The translations under genes were made by a program, and so were the position numbers. Shown here piece after piece: positions 37,201 to 50,309 of a stretch of 64,000 nucleotides of DNA. The notes below the pieces were generated by a model, which made no database searches, was not told the DNA's origin, and saw only the letters and a program-made list of their open reading frames with translations. The stretch comes from Eledone cirrhosa (lineage: Eukaryota). Positions within the stretch are counted from its first letter, which is position 1. Every line of letters begins with the position of its first letter. The stretch lies in contig OZ024742.1 in NCBI GenBank assembly GCA_964016885.1, positions 33,542,001 through 33,606,000 on the forward strand, in the 5' to 3' direction.

Positions 37201-37959
37201 ATAACGTGTTCAGAAAAAATATCCCTGACACAGTCTTGCAGTTCTCCAATCATTTTATATTAGATTATAATTATATCTCAACAGTGTGTGATCTTGTGGC
37301 CAATAAATGAAATTATTATTATTATTATTAGGTGGATTGGCAGTATCGGTAGAGGGTTGGACGCCATACTTTGACGCATAGTTATGGTCCTTGCTATTCT
37401 GAGTTCAAATCCCGCCGAGGTTAATTTTGCCTTTAATCTTTACGGGGTTGATAAAATAAAGTACCAGTAATGTACTGGGTAATTGCTGGCCTTGTGCCAA
37501 AAGTAGAAACAATTATTATTATTATCATTATTATTATTAGGTGGATTGGCAATATTGGTAGAGGGTCGGATGCCATGCTTTGCAGCATAGAGTTACGGTC
37601 CTTTACGGTCTGAGTTCAAATCCCACCGAGGTTAACTTTGCCTTTCATCCTTACCGGGTAAATAAAACAAAGTACCAGTAAGCATTGGGGTTGATTTAAT
37701 CGACTTTCCTCTCCCCTTTAAACATACATGCCAGATTGACTTTATACTTGTTAGAAAATAGGATAGAAAGATGGCTATGAATGCTAAGTCCTTCCTTGGA
37801 GAAGAATTCACCATATAACAGAAGTTAGTTATTAGTGACATCAAGAAATTAATACCGGAAAATATAGAGGAGAATATAGGAACTAAAGGACCTCTGTTAA
37901 ATATAGGTTCAGAAAAGCTTTACAAGATTGATATGAAAAGAGGGAGGAGTTAGATGTTT

Positions 37960-39112
37960 ATGGCAATTGTGACCCACTACAGTCTACTAATATGACTTGT
38001 GTCTAGAGTAAAGCACAAGCCAAACAGAGGGTGACCTGGTGGTGGAACAACACTATGTGATAGAGCTGTTAAAGAGACAGGCATGGAAAAACTAGAAAAA
38101 GGGTGATAGCCAAGATATGTACCAAGTAGCTAAAAGAAAAGCTAGATGACAGGTAAAGAATGCAAAGAAGCTGAAGACAAGAGGTTGGCCTATGTTTTGT
38201 TATGTGAGGATCAGAGGTGTATGGTGTTCTGCATTGCAAAGCATTGTTTTGGTGAAAACCAGAATGTTGGGGAAAATTGTGTTTAAAATGACACTGGTGC
38301 ATTTAACAAAAGAGGCCAGGAAATGTTATTATGAGAGGCTGATGAATGTAGATAATGAGTGGGAGGAAGAGAGAGTACCTCCAGCTGGCCCAGCAGAGGG
38401 ACAAGCTATTGAAATTGATAGTTATAAGGTCAAAGAAGCAATCAAGGAGATGAAAAAATTGTAAGCTGCTAGTCTGTCAGAGATAATTGTTGGGATGCAG
38501 AATTATTCTGGGGAAGCTAGAGTTGAACTAGTCAGCTGCACAATCAACCAAGTAATACATGACAGTGCCATACCCAATGACTGTCATTGTAGTATACTCA
38601 TTAATTGCTACAAGGTGATGCACTAGGAAATCAGGGGCATAAAACTGATGGATCAGGTTAAGAAAGTGATGTAAAGAGTTGTAGCACAACAAATTAGGGA
38701 AAAAATCAAATTAGACGAGATCCAGTTCAGTTTTGTGCTAGGCTGTCACAGATGCCCTCTTCATAGTGAGACTACAAGAGAAGTTCCCGGCTAAGTGTAA
38801 GCCACTATATTTAATTTTTATAGATCTGGTATAGAAAGGTGGCTTTTGAGAGCTGTCAATATCAAGAGACCTGGTAATGAGTTTAATGAAGAATTCAGAG
38901 TTTAGTTTGGTATTCACCAGGGCTCAGTCTTTAGCCCACTTCTGTTTATTATAGTTCTTCAGGCTATAACAGAGGAGTTTAAAACAGGCTGTCCATGGGA
39001 ATTTCTGTATGCTGATGACATGATTCTTATAGCCAAATCAGTGGAAAAGCCAGAGAAGAAATTATGGCTTGGGAAACAAAACTTAGAATCAAAAGGGCTG
39101 AGAGTAGACAAT
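37960..39112 (+). mobile_element. Old decayed RTE LINE fragment related to the main LINEs
   Basis: YYERLMNVDNEWE...HQGSVFSPLLFIIVLQAITEEFKTGCPWEFLYADD. Confidence 0.85.
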
Positions 39113-39191
39113 TCAGACTTAGTCTTAATCACTCTGCTGTGATGTACAGTATATCACTGATAAATGTTGCTTTTTCATTTAACACATACAG

Positions 39192-39283
39192 GTGGTGGAA
39201 TTTGATCCTCCCAGACTGCTAGATGCTCTCTGTTTGGCAACAACTATATTGTGTTTAGATGGCTACCCCGTGACGAGAATGAT
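39192..39283 (+). CDS. FAAH: FAAH coding exon 11
   Basis: VVEFDPPRLLDALCLATTILCLDGYPVTRM; 92 nt, phase 0/2; GTAAGT donor. Confidence 0.88.
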
Positions 39284-40264
39284 GTAAGTATTTTATGGAG
39301 TAATGTTTGGAATGTAAAGAAACTGAGGTGGTCTGTGTTGGAAATAATTAATCCTATGAAAAGTATGTTGTATGTTGATTGTCATGGGGAGTTGAATGTA
39401 TGATGTTGATGTTTCAGGTAGTTGCTCTTCAGTGGAGGTTAGAGAAATATGGAGGTGTTGTTGGTCTGACTGTAGATAACACTCGTCTTTTCTCTTCTTA
39501 CCATTGAAGACAAGAATCTGAAATGTTAAATTCAATTGTTGTAGGGAGAAGAAAGTTTATCAACATTCTATGAACTCTCTTAAATATTGTATAATATCTC
39601 ATTTTGTGGTTGTATATCTACAGTTATGTGAATGTATATCTGAAGATTGAATGACTACATCATAAGTATTCTTATACAGGAAACATTTCTGTATACCAAA
39701 GCATAGACACAAGCATGTCCATGTTGTGACAGAGTTCACTTTGTAACCAAATGGTTCTTGGTTCAGTTCTGCTTTGCAACAGCTTGGGCAAGTGTCCTCT
39801 ACTATAGCCTTATACCAACCAATGCTTTGTGTATGAAATTAGAATACACATCAAATCCCCAATGTTCCATATCAAAGTTGGCTGGTGCAAGTAAGTGGAA
39901 TTGAAAAGTTATACATACAGGTATTAAATTAAAAAAAATCTAACCATCCTCATTTTATTTGCCCCCTTTGTCTTCCATTAAATTCAAACCCTGCTGCTAT
40001 ATGCATGGAATCACCCTATCAGTTTGTTGTTATTTTTTTACTTATGAATCTAAAACCCAACATTAACATCAATACTAGAAATCATTATCATGACTAGCAG
40101 AAAAACCACCCTTTGGGTGGTTTTTCTGCTAGCATGTGAAGTGTGCATATTGATATTATACGCAAGTATATATGCATGTTGATATGATACATCAAATAAA
40201 ATCGTACACAGAAATTGAATGAAGACTGTGTTACACTGTCTTATGTAAACAGCAACGTAATCCA

Positions 40265-40582
40265 TGGCTTAGTCGTTAGAGCATTGGCCTTGCAATGGAA
40301 AGGTTGTGAGTTCAATTCTCAGACCGGGTGATGTGTTGTTTCCTTGAGAAAGACACTTTATTTCACATTGCTCCAGTTTACTCAGCTGTAGAAATGAGAT
40401 GATAGGGACTGGGGTCCTGCAAAGTGGTCGTGTAGGTGCCACGGCAAAAAAGCACCCAGCACTCACTGTAAATGAGGTTGGTGTTAGGAAGGGCATCCAG
40501 CTGTAGAAATCAAGCCAGCATCAGTTTCCGTCCCACCCTTGCAAGCAGGGAAAAAGCGGGCGTAAAAGGAAACGATAAAACG
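40265..40582 (+). mobile_element. SINE family B with RTE-LINE-derived 3' tail; TSD AATCCATG
   Basis: tRNA-like head, core, then a tail matching the reverse complement of LINE 3'UTR 11630-11730. Confidence 0.85.
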
Positions 40583-41129
40583 AATCCATGATACATTAAA
40601 AAAAGACAATATTATATATAAACTGCATTAGGAGAAAATTAGTGATGGAAATATATGAATGTTTATTTAAGTGATCGCTAACCGGAAGTGTTGATATTTG
40701 AAAATTTTAAAGAAGTGAATCTTTAAAATATATTTAATCAACAGCTACAAAATTTATTTGATAAATTCATTCGTTATTTATTCAAAGTAATCCAACTTAT
40801 TTTACTAATAGGATAAACAATTATGAACTGTATGCAGTCCTGCATTCCTTACTTTATTATAGTTTAGATGTTTTAGCATCTGCTTTCCCTGCTAGTAAAG
40901 GTTGGATGGATAGTAACAGATTGAGTCAGTAGTCAAGTGGAATTATCAACCTCTCAGACAGGCTGGGGATTTGCATCTTGCTTACATTCTCATACTCTAG
41001 AGTACTCAAGTGGGATGGTGGCCTGCCTCTCACTTACATACATTCCTGCATGTTACTGAGTACATTTTATTGTAGCACCAACTTTGACAGGTTGTTCAGG
41101 AATGAATACAGATTTTTAAATATTAACTT

Positions 41130-42355
41130 CAAAATGTCATATTTCAGTCAAGAATAAATGTTATTGATCAAAATAAAACTAATAGAATCTACACATATTT
41201 GCCAACAAGATACATGTTTGGTTATTCTAGTAACATAGAGTTCTGATGGTCTAGAAGTGATGAATTCTTTGAAAGCACGTTTGTGGCTTTGGTTGTTGAA
41301 GACCTTTCCTTGCAAGATGTCAAAAGGCTTGAAATGTAGTTGGTGAAGGATCCAGTAAGTATACTGGATGAAGCAGTTTTGTAAGCCCAAATTGTTCAAC
41401 TTCAGGAGCACTGTTTGTTTAATATGTGGTCAAGTGTTGTCATGCAAGAGGATTGGGCCTTTGCTGTTGACCAATGTTGAACATGTACACTACAATTCTT
41501 TATGTGATTTAATGATTTCCTGACCTTACTTCTCTGTGATTGTTTCATCCGGATTCAGAAACCTGTAGTGGATTAATCTGTGGACCACCAAACAGTCACC
41601 ACAACCTTCTTTTGGTGCAGCTTCAGTTTTGAGGAGTGTTTAGGAGCTTCATCTTAGTCCAGCCAGTTGTACAATTCATGTATTAAACATTTTTCAAGTT
41701 TTCACAAATTGTTCCAATGCTTACATCAGGCTCTCCTGTAAGTTCTCAAAGAGTTGTGTGAGGATTTGCTTCCATTAAAGCTGTCAACTCTTCATTATCA
41801 ATGATTGGCAGTGTCGGTAAAGGGTCGGACGCCAATGCTTTGACGTATAGATTTACGGCCCTTGCCATTCTGAGTTCAAATCCCGCCGAGGTAACTTTAC
41901 CTTTCATCCTTACGAGGTCGATAAAATAAAGTACCAGTAATGTACTGGGTAATTACTGGCCTTGTGCCAAAAGTAGAAACAATTATCAATGGCGGTGGAT
42001 TAGCAGTATCAGTTGAGGGTCGGACGCCATGCTTTGACACATAGTTACGTTCCTTGCCATTCTGAGTTCAAATGCCGCTGAGGTTAACTTTGCCTTTCAT
42101 CCTTACAGGGTTGATAAAATAAAGTACCAGTAATGCACTGGGTAATTGCTGGCCTTGTGCAAAAAGTAGAAACAATTATCAATGGTAGAATAACATCTGC
42201 AACCTTCCTTATCTTCAAGAATGAATTCACCACAATGGAACTTTTGACACCAATGTTACACTTCCTTGGCCCCATTAATAATTTAAGCCATTTGTGCTGC
42301 ACTGTGGTCAGGTTTAAACCCATAGAAATAAATTTAGCAAAAATCCTGTTTTGAC
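41130..42355 (-). mobile_element. Decayed mariner transposon interrupted by two SINE-A copies
   Basis: Minus strand LVNSKGPILLHDNT (LHDNA-like motif) plus an N-terminal HTH-like remnant; many stops. Confidence 0.6.
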
Positions 42356-42859
42356 ATCTTAACTTTAACCCTTTAGTGTTTAAACCGGCCATATCCGGCC
42401 AGAATTCTCTCACCTCTATCTGTTCAAACTAGCTGTAACTGGCCGCTCATACTAACGTTAAGGTATTATTCTCAAAATAAATAATATCAAAATCTCATAG
42501 ATTCGATATTATGTCAGATATTATGTGAGATAAAGCCTTTGAAAATACAATAGTAAATATAGAGTAATGCTAAAGGGTTGAAGATATGAAAATTGAGAAA
42601 AACAGCTTACATTAAAAATGGATTACAAAACAAAATCGTTACACAATTTTACACACCTAGCATGAGATTTTATTCTTAAAAAAATATTGATACAAATAAA
42701 ACATCAAGCCTACATTAATTTCTGAATAACAACCTATTAGGTATTTCTCTTTATTTCTCCCTTTCCTCCTTTCCTCACAGTCTTTCTAGGCTTATTTCTA
42801 TGTTTTTATGGCTCTATTTACCCTATCATTCTGCCTCCATGTTATTCTTTACTTTGTTG

Positions 42860-43420
42860 GGATTTGGGACTAGCCACAGGCATGGTTTGAGGCCTTCAGA
42901 AGATTGTTGCGAAGTCCTTGTCTTCTCTTTCTCTCTGTTGTAGATATTGAGTAGAATTTCTCTGAATTTGTTGCTAGTTGAAGATTCCCTCAGTTTTCAT
43001 GTCTGCCTTCTCCAGATTGGTTTTTGTCTCTGAATTAATCTTGCCCTTACTCCAAGATCACTGTCAACTAATTTGTGTGGGGAGGTACAATTTTTGCCAG
43101 GAAAAGACTTGGTATTTAAGCCCATTCATCTGTTATGTTTCCTGATAAAGATATAGTTTAACCTCTGTGACCTTCTGATTTGCGGGTGATCAAGTAGCTG
43201 GCTATTTTCCTGTAGCTTGTGTTATTGATGGTTAGGTCAAGGGCATCAGAAAACTGTAGAAGCTTAGCTCTGTCTTCATTTCTTGTATCATATCCATAGT
43301 CTCCATGTACACCAAGAAAGCTGTTGTGGTGTTTCTTAATATGTCCATTAAGGTTGCCATCCACAATAATGAGATCACCATCATTCATCATTAAGGTTGT
43401 CTGTAAAAGCACCTTCATAA
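42860..43420 (-). mobile_element. RTE LINE endonuclease fragment
   Basis: DGNLNGHIKKHHNSFLGVHGDYGYDTRNE...LITRKS, homologous to the APE of the main LINEs. Confidence 0.75.
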
Positions 43421-43945
43421 AAACGGCATGAACGACTTCTGCATAATTTGTGTCTGCCAAATTTCACTCAGAAAGCATTAGGCAACTTGCAGGCTTTATA
43501 AAACGCACTTACCTATAATGCTACATAATGAAATTGAACCCCAAACTGTGTTTTGAAACTAACTTCCCAACTACATGACTTTCCCTGTTCATATGCTCAA
43601 AACATTCACATTTTATAACATTTAAACTAAAAAAAACAAAAAAATACAACAAACAAGAGTTTGAATTTTAACCCTTTAGCATTTAAACTGGCTGTATCTG
43701 GCCAGAATTCTCTCACCTCTTTCTGTTCAAACTGGCCATAACCAGCTGCTTATATTGGTGTTACGGTATTGTTCTTAAAAATAAATAACATAAAAATCTC
43801 GTAGAGTCAATATTATGTGAGACAATTATGTGAGATAAAGTGTTTAGCATGAAAATACAATAGTAAATATAGAGTAATGTAAATACTAAAGGGTTAAAAC
43901 TGTGTCACTTAATATCATGTATTTTTTCTCTTGCTTGTTTTTCAG

Positions 43946-44033
43946 AAAATATGAAAGTGCAAGTAAGGATATCTTTGTAGCAAAAGCCTTTGAAGGTTTT
44001 AACAAATTTGTGGGTGTGCTTCTTTACCCTTTT
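43946..44033 (+). CDS. FAAH: FAAH coding exon 12
   Basis: KYESASKDIFVAKAFEGFNKFVGVLLYPF; 88 nt, phase 2/0; strong pyrimidine tract and GTAAGT donor. Confidence 0.8.
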
Positions 44034-44089
44034 GTAAGTAATATCTTCTTAACACCTAATTTTTTATTTTATCTTTTGTCTTCTATAAA

Positions 44090-44938
44090 TATAGTTGCTG
44101 AGGTACCCATCTTCACTCGGGTAAACAGATAAGAGAAGACAAGTAATAGAGAAAACGACTGTATTGGATGTGTTGTTTGGTTTACAGTATGAGGCAAGAC
44201 CTTGGTGTGTGTGTGGGTGACAAAAAAAAAACAGTCAAAAATATTCCAGATACACCAGATCCTTCGTTTTACCATTCGTACATAGTATATAAAGATTTCC
44301 CGATGTTCCCACACATGAACAACCTACATATAACTGTCCATGGGTAAAAACCAATTCTCTTATATTCAATCCTACAACTTCGAGACTCTGAGCTTTATTT
44401 ATGGTCATAGCAAAACTGGCTCTAACAGGGAACTGAAGTCTTGAAAATTTGAACGGCAGCTCGGTAGAGAAAGGGATAAGAGGAATCTTGGGAATAAATG
44501 CACTTTCTCCTTGATGATTGCCTCCAAGAATAGTGACCTCTAGGAGATAGTCCATCATCTACCTGGCATATGCCATTGCATAGACGTGGTTGGTCCAGGT
44601 TTCTGAAAAGTTTGATGGGTGTTCCAATCTTTTATATTATATATAGATAATTATATATAATAATTATATATAATAATTATATATATGTGTGTACGTGTGT
44701 AAACCAGCATTCGAATCTGAGATGCTGGCTGAAAAACACAATCATCACTGACAATGAATGCAGCCAAGTTGGTTAGCGTACCTGGGATGTTTTTCTTCTT
44801 TGATGTTATAAATTAGTATTTATAAACCTTCCTAGTTGTACCTGTATTCCATTGCTGTGCTTACTTCAATTTTCATTTTTGTGTGATGTGTGAAGGAACC
44901 AATCAACCAACAAACATCTCTTTTATATTATGTATAGA
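44090..44938 (-). mobile_element. Internally deleted Helitron carrying a PIF1-like helicase C-terminal fragment
   Basis: IGTPIKLFRNLDQPRLCNG and RLQFPVRASFAMTINKAQ...VFTHGQLYVGCS; A|TCTATA..AATATAAAAG 5' ends at 44647 and 44938; degenerate 3' hairpin near 44095-44121. Confidence 0.85.
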
Positions 44939-45354
44939 TTTTATAGAATAATTGTTTCTACTTTTGGCACAAGGCCAGCAATTATCCCAGTGCATTACTA
45001 GTACTTTATTTTATCGACCCCGTAAGGATGAAAAGTAAAGTTAACCTTGGCGGGATTTGAACTCAGACCATAAAAGGACGTAACTATGCTGGATAGCATG
45101 GCGTCCGACCCTCGACCGATACTGCCAATTCACCGCCCTTAGATTTTATAGAATAATGTATAGATTTTATAGTATGAGGTGAAAACAATGTGATGTTATA
45201 GATTGAACTGCTGATCATGTAGTCATGAGTTGAAACTTATTATGGGGTCTGCAAAGCTAATCTCTGCTTTACAAGAGAAAATTGACTTAAAATGGTTCTT
45301 GTTGTTGCACTTCATTTTCTTACTTTTTTTTCCTCCAAATTTATTATTTTGCAG

Positions 45355-45398
45355 GATAAATTACTGTCCCGGGTAATCAATGCAATGGCTGGATGCAG
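45355..45398 (+). CDS. FAAH: FAAH coding exon 13
   Basis: DKLLSRVINAMAGC; 44 nt, phase 0/2. Confidence 0.82.
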
Positions 45399-46316
45399 GT
45401 AAATATTTGTTTGTATATTTATTTATTTATCTTGCTGTGTTTTTTTGTCTTTCTTTTATATGTATATCTAGTTTAGAATAACTACACATCATTGTGTATC
45501 ATAAGAGGTACCTAAATGGGTTAGTACAAAGGGTATCTAACTGTAAATTATTATCTCAAGAAGGACCACATTCATAAGTATGAAGCCTTGCGTGAGGCCT
45601 ACTAAGCTAATACCTGCTTTTTTTGTCTTGCTTTCTTAATAGGGATGTATATGAAGGCATATACAATATGTTTAAGTATAATAAATATACAAGAGTCTCA
45701 CTATGAATATTTTTAGTGATCATGTCACAGTAGCCTTATGAGAATGTCAGACACATGTTTCTGGAATTTTATCCAATATCGGTGAGACTGTATGTCTACC
45801 TAATATGTGTCCATATACACCTTTATACATACATCAATCAAAAACGTTTTGATACCAAACTGCCCCTAGTTCTAGAATAAAAAAGTATTTATTTTAAAGT
45901 GTTTGAATTTATCTAAAAATCTTCCATTATAATTTTATCTAAGAACTGTTTTTAAATTATTATTTTCAAAACGGTTTGAAAATTATAGGCAAGGTCTTCA
46001 AGCCTTTCGTTACCATATTTCTAATCAAACTTGCTTTTGGAGTCTTGTTCGCTGGGCGCAGGTTCTCTACCGCTGCGCCCTAGGCCCAGAGTCCAATCTT
46101 CCTCCCCTTCCCACTCCCCTTTCTTCTGTGACACTAGAGTCCTTGCCATTCCCTCCCCTCCCCGTTTTTCTTCCTTTTTCTCTTTTTTCTCCTATTTTAC
46201 ATTCCAATGTAAATTTTATTTTTTTCTTCTTTTTCTATTAAACTGTATTTACACGATATATTCCATAAATAAGATATTTTCATATTCAATTATTTTCTCT
46301 ACATTTTTAATTTCAG

Positions 46317-46356
46317 AAATTACAGAGACCTTTATAATTTGGTAGCTAAAAAAGAG
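46317..46356 (+). CDS. FAAH: FAAH coding exon 14
   Basis: NYRDLYNLVAKKE; 40 nt, phase 2/0; GTGAGT donor. Confidence 0.85.
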
Positions 46357-46742
46357 GTGAGTTAGTTTAGAATATTCTTCTTTTATCTGATAGTCTACCT
46401 CCACCCATTCTGCTTGCTTTCATTATTTATATATTTTTCCTTTTTATTGCAAACATAATTTAATTGAAATTTATCGACAAATTACAAAGTTATGTCCCTT
46501 GGGAAAAAATATTTATAGTTAACTTTTTATGGTATATCACCTATAACACCTTTCATTCTGTAATACAAAAGCTCTCATTTTAACCTCGTTGAATAAACTC
46601 ACCCTACCTTTGGAAGTGAAATTTCTTTGTTGCATCCATTGAACATGCTGTTATATATCTATATATCTGCTTTGGATATTTTCACAATGTGACAGCGATT
46701 TATTTATTGATCATATACCTCTCTCAGTTCTATGCACTAAAT

Positions 46743-47080
46743 CAGAGGTTCTCTAACCTTTTGGGCCACCGTCACCCTCACGGCCGCGTAATACCCTCAG
46801 CGCCCTCAACCCTATTTCCTGAGAGACCTGCCTACATGCAAACTGTAAATAATATATAATAAATAAAACTGTTAATTTATATAGAATAAATAATATAATA
46901 TATACTATATATAAATAAATATTATATATTTTTTATTTTACTATATTTATATATATATATGTATCATTTGATATTTAATATACTATTATATCATCTCTAC
47001 CGCCCCCTTACGCTCCAACACCCCCTGGACCTTCTCCATCACTCCTCAGGGGGTGGTAGTGCCCACTTTGAGAACCTCTG
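46743..47080. mobile_element. hAT-type MITE
   Basis: TIRs CAGAGGTTCTC/GAGAACCTCTG; perfect 8-bp TSD CACTAAAT. Confidence 0.9.
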
Positions 47081-47283
47081 CACTAAATAATGGCTCTGTT
47101 GTTGGCCTTAATGGTAGTACCAGCCCTACATATTGTCACAATTTAGTGAGCTAAATTTCTGGGTTGCTGTCTAAGTGATTGTTCAGTTATATTTGTACCA
47201 TTAATATAAAATAACAACTCAAGCAGGTTTGTTGTATCCAGTTGGAATCATGAGTTTTTACTGTATGTTCTCTTATGCTTCAG

Positions 47284-47392
47284 GATTATGAGCAAGAATT
47301 TGCTGATGCTATGAAAAAAGATGAATTAGATGCTTTGATTTGCCCTGTCATGGCTTCACCAGCGTTACGCATAACTACTCTACCCATTGCAA
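47284..47392 (+). CDS. FAAH: FAAH coding exon 15
   Basis: DYEQEFADAMKKDELDALICPVMASPALRITTLPIA; LDALICP motif; 109 nt. Confidence 0.93.
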
Positions 47393-48691
47393 GTGAGTCC
47401 ATAACATTTTAGATCAGGGATTCCAAACATTTTAAACAATTGACCCCTTCATGGAATCCTTGATCCCTCACCAAGTCCAGGCATATTAAAATATAAGTAA
47501 ATGAATATATGATAAACAACATAAAATAAATAAATAGGGCTTCCATATAGATTCTGCCTATCAAAATTCTCACAAAGCATCGGTCAACATGAGTTTAAAG
47601 TAGAGGGCACTTTCTCAGTGTGCTGCATAGTTGGACTGTACCTGAAACCACAAGGATGCAAAGTGAATGGCTTAATCACTCAGCCATAACTGTACCTACA
47701 AACATTTAATATAGGTGGTGCTAAGTCCACACAAATATCTAAAAAGAGGTGCATTTTGGATAAGATAGCTTAAGAAAATATGGATAATAAACTACTGCAC
47801 AACAAAATTAGTTTTTTTTATTAGCTTTTAAACATCTTGTAAGGATTTAACAGAAAATATCTAAAAATGAGGCTGTTAATTCATGTTTATAGTATCTTTA
47901 TTAGTGGACAGATTGTTTGAAAAAATTGTAGTACTGTAAATTTTCTTATGTACTGACACATATGTATGGGTATATAAATATAAATGTGCAAACACAGATA
48001 CACTTACAAAAATACACACTTACAGACATACATTCACACAGGCAGCAGACATAAAGAGGAGTAGTATGAGGTTGTCAAACTATTCCTCTCTCTTTATGTG
48101 TTGTGACAGAATTGCAGAAATTTATATATAGATTAGAGTAAAAGCTTTAATTTTTAATGTGATATAGTCATAATGTGCTTTTGTACTGTTCAAGAATGTC
48201 TGGCGAATGTGGTTTCATGTAATACAGTTGAGAACAACTGTTATTGTTGACATCATTGCTATTGTTGTTGTCATCCTTATTTTATATTCAAGGGCAGTGA
48301 ATTGGCAGTATCAGTAGAGGGTTGGACGCCATGCTTTCTAGCAGAGTTACGTCCCTTTACGGTCTGAGTTCAAGCCCCGCCGGGGTTAACTTTGCCTTTC
48401 TTCCTTACGGAATCGATAAAATAAAGTACCAGTAATGTACTGGGTAATTGCTGGCTTTGTGCCAAAAGTAGAAACAATTATTTTATATTAATTTTCCATG
48501 CTGTCATGAACTAGACAAGCCATCATGACCTGTGACTAGATGGGTTGAAGAACTGCTGAAGAACCCTGTCTCATTTCTGGTTCACTTCCGAATGTCAACT
48601 AATTTACAGAGTGTAGAGGGTGTTTCTTTATTTTGGCACCAGAACTATCAATTTATAGTACTACTCCTTTACAAATTGGACAGGGTGCATT

Positions 48692-49467
48692 TTTAACGAA
48701 GGGTATGAATAAAATGTTAGAATGGATGGTTATATGTGGTTATTAGAAATGTTTATAACAAAGTTGTTAGATGTAATAATATGAATATATGAAATAATGG
48801 GAAATAGGAATATAAGAATAAATGATTTGGTTATATATAGTTTACTTCACGTGAATCAATTAAAAAGTGTTTATAAAAAAGTTACCAAGAGTTGTTAACA
48901 TTGTTATTGTTTCTGATGTGAGGCTGTTGTAGTCTGTTGTTGTTGTTGGTGTGAAAGCAGCGAGCAACAGATAATTGTTGTTATTGTTGGAATTTGGAGA
49001 CAGTGGTAGTAGTTGTGTGACCGTGTTAGTAAGAGAAAGAGATATGGTATGTATATCTCTGAATGGTCTGTAATTAGTTGTAGACCACTGTGGCTTGTAC
49101 ATGGTCTGTAGGAGTAGGGTTCCAATCGCTCTGTGTGTATCTGTAGGCCTCATGAGTCTGTTGATAGTGGTGAATCCTTACATAGTTAGTTGTGTATCCT
49201 AGTGCTTCGATATCTCTGTCTTTTCTGTAGACCTCTGGGGTCTGAAGTTAGCAGTTAATCTTTACATAGTTTGCTGTGTATACTAGCGCTCTGATGTTCT
49301 CTGTGTCTAAGGTGGGAAAATATAGCTTTATATAGCTATCGCTTCCTGTCTCCCCACCTTGAAGGAATAGTAAACACATCAACCTGTCTACACCAAAAAG
49401 GGTGTTGACCTAGAATTTAACCTTTAGGTATCACCCAAAGTTCAAGGCGCGGACAGATTTCGCTACA
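48692..49467 (-). mobile_element. Solo LTR (Gypsy-like, 4-bp TSD)
   Basis: Imperfect terminal IR TTTAACGAA...TTCGCTACA; CATT duplicated at 48688 and 49468; splits a host repeat unit GGGTGCATT|TTTCATGGCA. Confidence 0.6.
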
Positions 49468-49635
49468 CATTTTTCATGGCAACAGCAGTACCATTTTACA
49501 GGATGGACTGGGTGAATTTTATCATAGTACTAACACTACCACTTACCAGAGTGGATTGGATCAATTTTATTATGGCAGCAGTACTATCACTTGACAGACT
49601 GTACTAGGTATATTTTATGATGGCACCAGCACTCT

Positions 49636-49990
49636 AAAGTTTGTTATGTCCCCATTAGGACTAAAGGGGTCTTCTCAAACTTATAAGGTTTCAGTTCCGT
49701 TGCTACCACTTTACAGAGTGTACTGGAGGAAAGTTATTGTGGCACCAGCATTAGGTCTTCTAGATGACCAATGAATAAATAGAATTGTCCTGGCTTGATG
49801 TCTTTCATCATAGGTCTTCTAGATGAAAGACATCAAGCTAGGATGATTCTATTTATTTATTGGTTATCTAGGACATTTAATGCTGATGTCACAATAACAA
49901 GCGTCCAGTACACACTGTAAAGTGGTATCAACTGAATTGAAACCTTGTGAGGTTGAGAAAACTTCTCTAGTCCTGATGAGGACAAACTTT
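49636..49990. repeat. Fold-back inverted duplication (~165-bp arms)
   Basis: ...GCTTGATGTCTTTCATC / GATGAAAGACATCAAGC... extending out to AAAGTTTG / CAAACTTT. Confidence 0.85.
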
Positions 49991-50309
49991 CTATTCTTGG
50001 TGAGGAATGACAAGGGGACAAAACAGCATCAACAACAGAAACAATAATAACCATAGAGGTGATTGTAGAATGTCTCTATATCATCACTCACTCTGCTAGA
50101 AATAGCAGCAAACTTATCCTCAAATCACACATTACCTGTGTTGGAAATTTAGTTCTAAATGTAAAAAGAAAAGATAAAAATAAAATAAAGGAAAAAAAAT
50201 GGAATGATTCTGATTTTTTTCCATAGATCTTAATGAGAGATGACTTATGGACAAAACAACAACTATAATATTTCTTCATATTTCTTTCTCCTAATTATTT
50301 TCCTTATAG

